A stretch of DNA of 35,651 nt from Spizellomyces punctatus DAOM BR117 (taxonomy: Eukaryota). The notes below the pieces were generated by a model that saw only the letters and a program-made list of their open reading frames with translations, was not told where the DNA came from and did not search any database. The stretch lies in assembly GCA_000182565.2 (NCBI GenBank), contig KQ257459.1. The stretch is one strand, 5' to 3'. Of this stretch, positions 24,657 to 34,865 are shown in pieces. How positions within the stretch are numbered: the stretch's first letter is position 1; every line of letters starts with the position of its first letter. Both the position numbers and the translations under genes were made by a program.

Positions 24657-26138
24657 GTTTCTGCCGAGTATGAATTAATGGGAGGTTCAAAGAGTACAGA
24701 ATTGTTGGTGAAGGATAAGTCAAGCGCTGCCATTTTATATTCCATATCACGCAATGTGTATTTGGAATAGAGAATATTCTAAATAAACATGTGGCATCAA
24801 GTGGCATCCAGTAATTCTTTCTACGTTTCGCCCGCCGAACCGAAATGGGGCAATAATTATTATTCCACGTCAAAAATAGGAACGCAACATCTCGAGAGTG
24901 TTCTGTATTGGAATTTCTTTTTTGGAAAATCCAGTCCATTTGTTGATTTTCTCCCTGCCGAGGATATTCCACATTGGCACTTTTCACACATGCTCACCAA
25001 TAATGTGCCATTTGCAACCTGTTTTTTTCCGGTGCTTTGTTCGCAATCTTCATGTAATCCTGCCCATTGACAAAACACCTGCCAATAACAACGGCGTTAA
25101 CCACTGCCAGAGATACAGGAATACCTTTCGCTTGCAGGCACACATAGGGCATCGAATAAGGATGGGTCCTCCCGCCCAGTCCTCGCCCACATTGAACAGT
25201 GACTAGTCCTTTCATGCTACTGCAGTTAGAAAAGTTCCTCTCAACCCTTTGCCGGGGAATTCATTCTGCGTTTCTATCATCATCCTTTTCTCTCCTTTAC
25301 AACCCTGTTTAATAACCAAGCACACTATACGATTTCCTAAGGTTGTACATTCTTGCATTTAGACATGTTCATTACAACACAGAAATTCTTGTCGCATGTG
25401 AGCTGCATGTGTCATTGCTCCTGTTGTTGTAAAACGGTGCACGGTGTGAAAAGAAGAAAGGGGCCGGTTGCGACAGTCATATCAAAGAAGGTGACGACCG
25501 ATGAATACAAAACGTGCTACCGATCATTGGGACGAATCATTTACCTGCTGTGCTCACACAGCGAGTGGTCGATCTCGTTGAATGGGAAACTTAAAGCACT
25601 AAACGATGGTCTCGCGCAGCTATTCATAGAAAAAGAAGGCGTTTCCTAATCAGGATCAATACAAGCCTAACTTTAACCCATAACTCGGATTGTTCCTTGC
25701 TCTCCAATTCCTCCGCAGACCATATATTGGCAAACAAAGCAGACACCGACGGGAGACAAAAAATAGCGGCTTCACTGGCGGATGAAGTAAAAGCTTGGTC
25801 GATACCTGGGATTCTTTAGCTTGCGCTTGCCTAAATTTAGCAATCTTGCGCCTTTTTCAGTAACCCTACAGCTTAAACAATGTAAGTTTTGAAAACTCGA
25901 GGACGCCACTTAAAGCCGATTTTCTATATCCAAATCCTAAGAATCAGCGTGCTCATCACCAAGCAAAGAGTATCAGGCGGGCAACATCAATAGCAACCCT
26001 CAACCGCAGAGATCAATAGACAAAGCCAACCTTGTTGTACATGATCCATTCTTGAACTATTGTAAAGGGCTCCAGTCTGAATAAAATGGATTGCCCTAGT
26101 GGGCAACCCACGGAGATTCCGCACTGCCAAACGCCACG

Positions 26139-27863
26139 ATGTCTGTGGAGAAAATACGGGCCATTAATGTGCCAAAGCAAGAGACTGTTTTACGTGCGTT
26201 TAAGAGATAGCTTTTGCTCATCAGGATCTTATAATAACTGACCGGTTTGATGTGTAGGGACGGCGGATTTGCCGGATCCTGAAATCAGTGCAAAAGGTTC
26301 AGAAAAGGTCGGCAAGCAGAAATCGGACGAACCAAAAGGTTCCACGAAAGAGATTATTTCCACTCATCTCTTTGCGACGACATTTTCGATCCTCCTATGG
26401 TCTCTTCTATCGCTGATCCCTCTTGGGCCAATATACGACCGGAGCGGTCCACGGGTATCGGGCATAGTTTTCAGCGTCATGAATCTACCCATCAGTATTG
26501 CCATTTCCCTATCAACAGTTTTTTGGATCAGAGAGTTATTCGGCCTTAGCATTCGATGGTGGTCAAAAGATACTTGGTGGCCTGTACTAGGTACGTAACT
26601 CAACCATTCGACTATTCACGTGCGCCGAAATAGCGTACTCACATGTATGATATAGCGTACATGGTTTGGAATTTTATTGTGTACAGCATCTTTGCTCTCA
26701 TCCCGCTGTTTCCCGTGCCTTTTATGCCAGTATATGTATGTAACAAAATCTCGTAATTTTAATGCATCTCCAGCAAGCTAAAATAATGTTTCTTTTCAAT
26801 CCAAAGGGCGGAGGGTTAGCGTACTCTGTGGTTCCCCCTCTGATCACCTATCTTTTCTGTCTACCAACTCATGTGAAGGCACAACCCGACTTTCTCAAAA
26901 AGTTTGCGTCATCTATTATCGTCTCTGGATCGCTCAACGTCTACTGGTTCGTCCTTTTTGGCTTCTACTTTGCATTCATCAATACACCAAACACGACCGG
27001 GCTGCAAATTATGTTGCTTGCCATCATCAAGATATTCACTGTAGTTTTCGGGGGTATCCAGGTCAAATTGGTGCATAGCGTTGCAAGACTTCTGGGGCAT
27101 AAGGAAGGAGAAAATATTGGGGCGCTTGCAAAGCTATTTATCGAAACAGGTGAGCAATGCATTCCCAAACATTCAGACAGCGAGACTTGACATCTGACCA
27201 ACAACATTAGCCTTTGAGACGTACATCTTCCTTGTAATCCCCGACATGCACGATTGGGCCGTCTTTGGATTCTGGCTGGCGCTCGATATTTCCTGTCTCT
27301 TCCTCGAGCTCTTTCACAAATACGAGACCGCTCTCGATATCGTCCTATCCCGCTTCGGACGTCTCAAAATTTCACATCTCGGTTCATCGGAGGACCTCGA
27401 GGAGACCATACGCGTTCGTACCAAACATTATCTTGTGAGCGTTGTCTCAAAAGTTTTCGGAACGTGCGTCTTTTCCACCTTGCTGGCAACATGGTACTAT
27501 GGGCCTAACAAGGAGTGGTATCCCATATTTGCCTCGTTTCCTGAAGCCGTTGTGACGGATGCCATCTTCAAGGCATGGTTGGCATTAGCAGCCATTCTGA
27601 TTCATCTGATGGGAACGCTGGCGGTGTTTAGATACCGAGGTGTTCCTGTCGCAAAGTATGCAAGGCAATTTTTCGGACGATATGCGCCATTATTCGTGGG
27701 CATCTACCTATGTGCTCCTATTTTCCCTTTCACACACATGGTAATCATTTCATCCCAGCATATTCAGCGCGATCATGTTACTGACTATTGCTTCATCTAC
27801 TAGGGAAAGCATTGGTATTGTTTAGAGTACATGTGGGAGGTCGTACATGGAACCCACGGTTAG
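26139..27863 (+). CDS. Uncharacterised multipass membrane protein (multi-exon)
   Basis: Hydrophobic exons at 26258-~26591, ~26656-26735, ~26807-27148, ~27211-27740 and 27804-27863 are separated by short GT-AG introns. Contains LIPLFPVPF. The start codon is uncertain. Confidence 0.7.
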
Positions 27864-28267
27864 GCCTCTTCATGTTATGATTTGCGGTGTCCGTGCAAAT
27901 ACCGCAGATTGCGTTGTATCCCGCAACCGCGCGGTACACGGTTTACAAGCCGCGCAATATACCCAAACTGTGCAGTAACATTTGCAACGATTGAATGAGT
28001 GCATGTTAGATTACACTATAGACATTATGAATAGAGTGGCAATCAATAAAATGACGGCGTTCTGCAAAATGCCATGATGCTCTTAGCATTTGAAATCTAG
28101 AAAGATTTGGGGCGGGTTAGAAGTGTAATGGATTTAAGACAAGTCCCTAGCAGGTCGCATCATAGCCCTGCTGGATGGGATGGTCTCAGAATCCCTTTTT
28201 TGGGTTCCAGTACAGGTCGTGAGGGCGAGAGGCAATTGGGGATTCAGTTAACGTGAACCGAGCAGGA

Positions 28268-28331
28268 TTAGGCTTAGGGTTACAAGTGTGTTCCCATGTG
28301 GGTAAATATTTTGAAGTGTTCAGAATTGAAA
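28268..28331 (+). repeat. Conserved spacer motif copy 1 with upstream degenerate telomere-type repeat TTAGGCTTAGGGTTA
   Basis: TGTTCCCATGTGGGTAAATATTTTGAAGTGTTCAGAATTGAAA (28289-28331) matches copy 2 at 38/43 positions. Confidence 0.85.
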
Positions 28332-28352
28332 TAAAAGGGTTAAAGGTTTATC

Positions 28353-28619
28353 TGTTGGAATTAATTGATTGACTTCACCGAAATTGTCATGGGACAGTAA
28401 CTTGAATAACTAGGCGAGTTATTAACTTATCAACAAGACCAAAATGGTTCTAGAAAGCCCTGAATCTGCGCTGACCAGCTTGTTAAAAACACATTGTTAG
28501 TTAGTTGTCTTATGCTGAGAGGTCAAAGTCAGGTTGTCATCATGTGATCTGTACTATATTTAGGACCCTTTCTGTCTTTCACAACTCTCTTGACGCAAGG
28601 TCCCGCACAGCTTCTAACA
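28353..28619 (+). mobile_element. Solo/truncated Ty1-copia LTR related to the LTR at 34887-35268
   Basis: Starts TGTTGGAATTAATTG. The first 120 nt match the reverse complement of the 35268 LTR at 109/120. It has internal deletions and lacks the last ~60 nt. No target-site duplication (TTATC vs CCAGA). Confidence 0.9.
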
Positions 28620-29743
28620 CCAGAAATCTGCAGGGAGACTGCATGTTTGCTAAAGTCATCCATATCGATGCAAATGACGCCCTGCTCATGCCTCTATAAA
28701 GTCATGCGACGAGCGAGAAGCGGTAGAATCACATTACACGGCTGATCTTGGGAGCATTTTGCAAAGAGAACTGACCTCAGAAATGATATACCCCGTTCGA
28801 CGCAAGTTTCGATGAGATGGAAAACTGATATTTGATTAGAACAAAAGTTGATGACATTCAACTCATTTGAATAGGGCTGATACAAGTCGGAAGCGGAACA
28901 AGAAGTATCAAGAGCTGTAGCAAAAGGTTTGCAAGTCGTCTTCACTATTCCATACAGCGGGCCACGAGGGAGAGGGCGGGCCAGGAATGAACTGACCTGG
29001 TCCAAGTCCCGCGAAAGATATGTTGGCTGGTCAAAGGTGTCCGGGTGGTGTTAAGTATCAATTTTTGTGAAATTTGAGGATATACATCCTGTTCCTAGTG
29101 CATTGCGATGGGATCTCTTATGTTTGCGACCCATGTGCGGCCCTATTAAGGTCCAACAAGACAGAAAGTATGTTGACGGAAATGGCACAATGTGACCGAG
29201 GATACATAATTGCCAACATGGCTCGGCCAAAAGTTCAAAAGTCTAAACAGTCAAGCGCTCTTGCCTGCTGCTACCTCGGAACGCATCCGGAAATCAATGA
29301 AGATGAAGTCGACCCACTAGTAGTTACAGTAAAAGAATGCGAGGAGCATAACCCGAATATTTTGTAGAAAGATGACTTCCTGTATGTACACGCAAGCTTT
29401 GCTGTCCCAGTCTCAAAGTCGACGACTGCGGCCAAAAGCTTATATGTCAATAACTGATCTCCGTCGTCTGATGTGGACTTTAACAGACGTTGTAGCAAGT
29501 GCACCTCCATTGCATTTAGCCAGATACTAATTGACGCTGCAGCAACTCAGCGGACACATAATGGTACAAAGTAAGAAAGCTTTCACGTTACAAGTATACT
29601 TCATATACTACAAATCATGTTGTGATGATCCGTAGCAATTAGAAAACACACATGTGCCAAAACCACTCATCCAAAAACATGCCCTGGAACATGGTCACGT
29701 TCAAGAATGGTCCGCGCGGGAGCGATGTTCATGTGCTTCATTC

Positions 29744-31131
29744 TTACATGTACACCCGTACCAGACCACCCACCGCCACACCTCTCCTGCAAATGGGGCA
29801 CTTTGGCTGACGTCGGATTGCATCTCAGATACAAGCCGTACAAAAGAGATGCCCGCATCGTGTAGTTGAAGCATTGGAACATCGTGTCAAAGTCTCTAAA
29901 CATATGGCACAGCTTGCCGACTCGCCGTTGCGTCGAGTCCTTGATGAGCCCACAACGACAGGCAACACCGCAATACGGCCCGGGTTGCTACGATGGGTTA
30001 CCTCTGTTGTGACCATACCAAAGCCAAGCAACTCCGAAACCCGCTGCAACATGGAACTATGCCGCTCTGGTACATGTTCGAGATCTTTGGTCAATAGTTC
30101 GAAATATCATGTTACAAGCATTCGTGGTGCAAGGGAATGTTGTGATTAGATGCGACATGTGTCTCACTAAAACGGACAATGGTCAGTTCTATCAACTATA
30201 AACCCTTGGTGTGGCCAACCATGTACATACCGGTCAAGGCTCTAAATGAAAGTGCAATTGCAACAGTCGCACGGATGATTATGATCATTCTGCACATGCT
30301 GATGCACGAGAGCTTCTGAGGGCCATATCTCCAGGCAAACCGAACACGGGTGATGATGTACTGCAGATATATGGGCTGTCAACAGCTGCTCTCTCACAAA
30401 GCGATCCGGGGAGTAACTGCATGTAATTTTAGGAACCCTCAATGAAAGGCGCATTGACAAGTTCAATGATGACTGTGACGACTGAGATATGGCACTAACG
30501 GGGGATCACTGTCTTGGCCTATACTATGACGACCCGAGTTCCCTGTCATACGATGCTCTTCAAGTGCCCCGGAGGAGGCAAATCCTCGCCGACATTCTGT
30601 ACACGTCATCAAAAGGGGTTCGGTGTTCGCTGACGTGAAATCGTATCCAACGATTGCATTCTAGAGATGCAACAGCTTTCAACGTGTTTCTGCAGCTTTA
30701 TAGAAGTGGAAAACCCTTGCGAGCAAGATCTGCAACGAAGCTTATGCGCATTTTGTCGATGTGCTCTGAGGGCACCAGCAGACACGAATCGTCGGTGGCA
30801 TTCTTCACAAGTTAGGGTGACCAACGATTGCGATCTGGAGCTGTCACAGCTTTCAACGTGTTTCTACAGCTTTCTAGAGGTAGAAAACCCCATGTGAACA
30901 AAGCTCGCAACGAAGCCTATGCGCGACCCGTATATGGTCTGCAAGAGCAGCAGCGGAGGCAAACTCTTGTGGACATTGTTCACAACACCGAGATGATTGG
31001 GCAACCGGTCCTCCACCAGTGGTTCGATAAAAGGCGTAGAAATGGACTACTGTCTCATGATCTTGTCGGCCCTGATCAGTACGGAAGCGTCGTCGACAAT
31101 GTGTGCAGCCAAATCGCCTTTTGTCAGACAT
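29744..31131 (-). pseudogene. Decayed multi-C2H2 zinc finger + C-terminal C3HC4 RING (RNF4/Slx8-like) gene
   Basis: Fingers CTHC..HETVVH, CEQC..HIRVAH, CEEC..HRQNAH, CTEC..H and CSVC..HVQNDH. RING: CAICLE..TRCGHLFCTACI*DAIRRQPKCPICRR..VRVYM. Frameshifts near 30888 and 30620; in-frame stops near 30865, 30242 and 29825. Confidence 0.85.
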
Positions 31132-31474
31132 ACGGGGCTTGCAAACGATGAAATGCTGTGGGAAGACGCGGCAACGGGGTGAATATGCGTGAGAATCTTT
31201 CGCGCAACCAGTTTCGACAGGACCAATTGGGCCACGTGACTGTGGACATTCAAAGCAAGCTTTACAGCATCTGCATCCCCGTGGTCGTTGTCGGGCCGCA
31301 CAGTGCTCACATTTCAAGCATACCCACCGGTGTTTGGGGCATAGTCCATGTTGGATCCCCGAGGTCTAAATTAGATCCTTACTGGTCTGGATCCACCAGT
31401 GGGCATTATGTTGGCGGTCACAAGTCGCAGATTTCTTTTGCGCCGCTAGCTAGTATGTTCTAATAGTGACTTAG

Positions 31475-31547
31475 AGTGTTCCTACATGGGTACATATTCT
31501 GAAGTGTTCAGAATTGAAAGTGACCTAACCCTAACCCTAACCCATTA
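31475..31547 (+). repeat. Conserved spacer motif copy 2 followed by a CCCTAA tract
   Basis: TGTTCCTACATGGGTACATATTCTGAAGTGTTCAGAATTGAAAGTG, then CCTAACCCTAACCCTAACCC (31524-31543). Confidence 0.88.
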
Positions 31548-31864
31548 AAAACTAGTCGGAGACTGTACTGAGCATTTGAGCAGCATTGCATGATTACTGA
31601 GTTGGCTCCTTTTCTGAGCGGAGGTTGTGCTGGATTTGCAATGCCAGCATCAGCCATTCCCTCGTCCTTGTTAGTGCTTTTAAACACTCGTAAGATTCCA
31701 CTCATTGCAATGCGAAACTCGTATCAGAATGTTGCTCCTACACAAAGATCGCTCCAGGATATCTGGCAATGTCCCGTTCTGTACGTAATGTGAGCCTGAA
31801 ATTGCGTAAGCAGCCCAAGCCAGTTGCAATCGCAAACCCAAACACAGGTTTCATGGGCAGCCAG

Positions 31865-32034
31865 CCAATCAGCGCAGCTGCGCTGATGAATCACGCCAGC
31901 CAACCGCAAAAAAGACGCGCGTGGTAGACCGCACGCCAATCAGAGCGAGGTGCCCGAGCAGAAATGCCTCATTTGTACGCGCCACATCGGTGCGAGACGT
32001 TTCCCCCTCCCGCCTTGACAATACCTTATATAAA
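31865..32034 (+). promoter_or_regulatory. Putative promoter of the reductase: two CCAAT boxes, a 20-bp palindrome and a TATA box
   Basis: CCAAT at 31865 and 31936; ATCAGCGCAGCTGCGCTGAT at 31868-31887; TATATAAA at 32027-32034, ~110 nt before the ATG. Confidence 0.55.
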
Positions 32035-32142
32035 GCATTGGACTTCTTTACCTCCCATCAAGTTGTTGTCCTGCTTTTAGCTGGCCGCACTGATCGGTAA
32101 CAAGCAACTACCGCTGAAAAAGTTCTCCAAATACCTCCCGTT

Positions 32143-34377
32143 ATGGTTCGGCCGGCCTTCGCGCTCGCCCTAGCCCTTGGCTTTGTGACAGCTCTCCTCC
32201 CGGCTGCCGTCTATGGTATGACTGACGGCCGCCCAGGCTATGGTTTTATCGGATATGGCATCAACATGTACCATCCGACATGCGCTTCCGCTTGCCGTGA
32301 CAGCATTAAAGCTCCCCTGAATTGCACCTCCGCGGACATGGGACAAGCCGGCCATTCTCACAACATGAGGATGAAGCGGGACTTGATCACCCTAATGAAG
32401 CGGATGGGAATAATGGGTGATGGCAAGGAGGCACAGCTCCCGTCCGGCGATGGGTGGATGGTCATGAAGCCTACGCCCGCATGCAAAGTTCACAACGACT
32501 TCTACCTTCAGACGCTTGCCTTCTGCATCAGTCAACGATGCGAGGGTATCTCTCTCGATCATATCGAAAAGTTCTGGGCAAATGACGTCGCGGGACGTGC
32601 CCTTGATCAGCCGGCGCCAACAAAAAGCTATACAGAAGCCCATCTGGCTGCGACAAGCTCGACTCGTCAGACCCTCAACAACAAAGTATTCCTCAATTAC
32701 ACCGGCATCGTGACGGACGATACCTATACTCCCAATATCAACGCCCTCACCAGTTTTGAACGGGTTGAAGTCCTGCATTCACGATATGGCCTCATAATCT
32801 TCCTTAGCGGCGCAATCATTCCAATCTTCCTCTCCTTCCTTCGGTTCCTGCCTTGGCCCGCTTCTGTGACAACAAAGTTTCACGCACACGTAATCGACCC
32901 TCCACTGTTTGGCTCAAAGTACAATTCACCTATTCTGCGGGGTCTCGTAATCATGCCAACGCGCGGCCAGGCCCTGTTCATTGCCTACTACTGGATCCTA
33001 AATGTCGTCCTCTCGGCTGTGAACCTCTCGGCCCCGATGCCTGACGCCTGGTTCTCTGACGTTACAGGACAGGTTGTTGCCTACCTCGCCAATCGGGTTG
33101 GCGTGCTTTCGTTTGCCAATCTGCCATTAGTTTTATTGTACGCCGGCCGAAACAACATTCTCCTTTGGTTAACAAACTGGTCGCATGCGACGTTCCTTCT
33201 GATCCATCGTTGGATCGCCTTTATCTGCATGTTGCAGGCCGCTCTCCACTCTGCACTGTACCTCTATGCATACATGAAATTCGATGATAACGATTACGCT
33301 TCGGAAAGCAAGCTCCCGTACTGGTATTGGGGCATCATCGCAACTTTGTCGCTGGTTATCACTATTCCAGCATCTGTACTACCTATCCGACGAAAAGTCT
33401 ACGAGTTATTCCTCTCGAGCCATATTGTGCTGGCGATTCTAGCCTTGGTCGGCTGCTACTTGCACATATATCATCGCTTCAAGCACCAGTGGGGTTACGA
33501 GACGTGGATATACGTGGCCGTCGGGATTTGGGCATTCGACCGCCTCCTTCGTCTCGCTAGGTTGTTTTACATGGGTGGTTTCAAACGCGCGTACGTCACC
33601 GCTATTGATGACGATTATTACCAAGTCGACATTCCTGGCGTTGATGCTTCGGGTCACGTTTACTTTCATTTTCCTACTCTCAGCACCTGGCGCTTTTGGG
33701 AAAGTCATCCTTTTTCGGTTGCTGGATTACGCTGTCCGTCCGTCGATATTCAAGAGATAGCAGTCAGTGGAAAGGATGGATTGACAACACATATTGCCCG
33801 GTCGTTGGCCGAAACGAAAGATACTGGCATCACGGTTTTTGTCAGGAAGCATAGCGGTTTGACGGGTCTACTAGCTGCTCATAGCACGGCGTCTGCGGGT
33901 ATTCCCGTATTTGTGGAGGGATCTTACGGGGTCGGCATGTCCTTTTTGCAAGATCAGGAGGTGCACCCCACGAGAGAATTTCCTAACCTCTTGTGCATCG
34001 CCGGGGGTGTCGGAATTAGTGCCATACTACCAGTCTTGAAGCGTGCCAACGGCATTCCTCCAATCGGTACCAGCAAGCTATATTGGGGGGTTCGCAGTCT
34101 TCCGCTTGTTCATGCCATCGAAGACATGCTCGGAGTGCCGAAGAACGACTCCACGGTCCCAAGACACTGGGGTCAGACCGAGGTTGTGCTATCCGTAGGC
34201 GAGCGATTCAATTTACGGACTGTACTTCAGGAAGAGTTGACGAGCAAGAATGGAGGCACGACCGTTGTAGTATGTGGCCCGGCCGGGATGGCGGACGAGG
34301 TACGGGTACTGGTTGCTGGGTTGTCCAGACATACAGGGTTGCTTGTCCGGTATGTTGAAGAGAGTTTCAATTGGTGA
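32143..34377 (+). CDS. Ferric/cupric-chelate reductase (FRE family), intronless
   Basis: 744-aa ORF: signal peptide, Cys-rich ectodomain, heme-ligand helices (HRWIAFICMLQAALHS; SHIVLAILALVGCYLH), FAD motif HPFSV, EGSYG, NADPH motifs AGGVGI and CGPAGM, terminal EESFNW. Confidence 0.95.
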   Translation: MVRPAFALALALGFVTALLPAAVYGMTDGRPGYGFIGYGINMYHPTCASACRDSIKAPLNCTSADMGQAGHSHNMRMKRDLITLMKRMGIMGDGKEAQLPSGDGWMVMKPTPACKVHNDFYLQTLAFCISQRCEGISLDHIEKFWANDVAGRALDQPAPTKSYTEAHLAATSSTRQTLNNKVFLNYTGIVTDDTYTPNINALTSFERVEVLHSRYGLIIFLSGAIIPIFLSFLRFLPWPASVTTKFHAHVIDPPLFGSKYNSPILRGLVIMPTRGQALFIAYYWILNVVLSAVNLSAPMPDAWFSDVTGQVVAYLANRVGVLSFANLPLVLLYAGRNNILLWLTNWSHATFLLIHRWIAFICMLQAALHSALYLYAYMKFDDNDYASESKLPYWYWGIIATLSLVITIPASVLPIRRKVYELFLSSHIVLAILALVGCYLHIYHRFKHQWGYETWIYVAVGIWAFDRLLRLARLFYMGGFKRAYVTAIDDDYYQVDIPGVDASGHVYFHFPTLSTWRFWESHPFSVAGLRCPSVDIQEIAVSGKDGLTTHIARSLAETKDTGITVFVRKHSGLTGLLAAHSTASAGIPVFVEGSYGVGMSFLQDQEVHPTREFPNLLCIAGGVGISAILPVLKRANGIPPIGTSKLYWGVRSLPLVHAIEDMLGVPKNDSTVPRHWGQTEVVLSVGERFNLRTVLQEELTSKNGGTTVVVCGPAGMADEVRVLVAGLSRHTGLLVRYVEESFNW

Positions 34378-34654
34378 AGACCAGCCAAAAGACGAGATGT
34401 GTGGATTGCACGCTTTCGAGTGTCCGTTATCCAGCTACAGTTAGCTTTTGTTTTGTGCATACATAGTAACATTTACGGTGTTTGATTTCCGTCATCTGCC
34501 TGCTGGTTCGTTTCTGTTTGTTTATATCTGGCGCAACAACGATCCTCGCTTGTATATCATACTCATTTGAGCACATCAAAGTCACATACGTGTCAGCTGA
34601 TGTTTCGAACAGCATCCTATTTATTTACCCCATCACCACCCACAAAGGGTAACA

Positions 34655-34865
34655 TAATGTTAGGGTTAGGGTTGCGGCATGCTCAGAGTCGAGCTCAAAA
34701 ACCTACAAGTTACAAGGGTGTCCCCACCGGGTTGTTTTTTGCAAGTGTTCAGATTTGAAAGTGGTCTTAATTAAAGTTGTTGGGAATGGTCTAAAACACG
34801 GGAATCTGCAATAAAATCGCCAAGGGTTAGGGTTAGGGTTGCGCCATGGTCGTCAAGCTCTAATA
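34655..34865 (+). repeat. Conserved spacer motif copy 3 enclosed by two TTAGGG-containing direct repeats (period 167 bp)
   Basis: GTTAGGGTTAGGGTTGCG(G/C)CATG(C/G)TC at 34659 and 34826. Core GTTACAAGGGTGTCCCCACCGGGTTGTTTTTTGCAAGTGTTCAGATTTGAAAGTG at 34709-34763. Confidence 0.85.

Noticed and set aside
24789-25649. Short ORFs between the chitin deacetylase and the membrane-protein gene
   Set aside because: No motifs and non-ATG or weak starts; treated as divergent promoter/intergenic DNA.
25860-25877. GTAACCCTACAGCTTAA as inverted partner of the 28268-28283 telomeric tract
   Set aside because: Short, gapped and imperfect match with no core motif nearby; compatible with chance.
28620-29510. 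Minus-strand ORFs (MEVHLLQ..., ..QISVFHLIETCVERG..) as a gene
   Set aside because: Somewhat coding-like, but I could not join them with convincing splice sites or recognise a domain. Possibly a fragment truncated at the LTR.
28289-34763. Spacer motif as CRISPR repeat, tRNA/B-box or heat-shock element
   Set aside because: Spacing is in kilobases with no cas genes. There is no cloverleaf or proper GTTCRANNC box, and the GAA/TTC spacing does not fit nGAAn arrays.
31524-34840. TTAGGG tracts as a true chromosome end
   Set aside because: Only 2-3 units each, internal, with unique sequence on both sides. They could also simply be Tbf1/Teb1-type binding sites.
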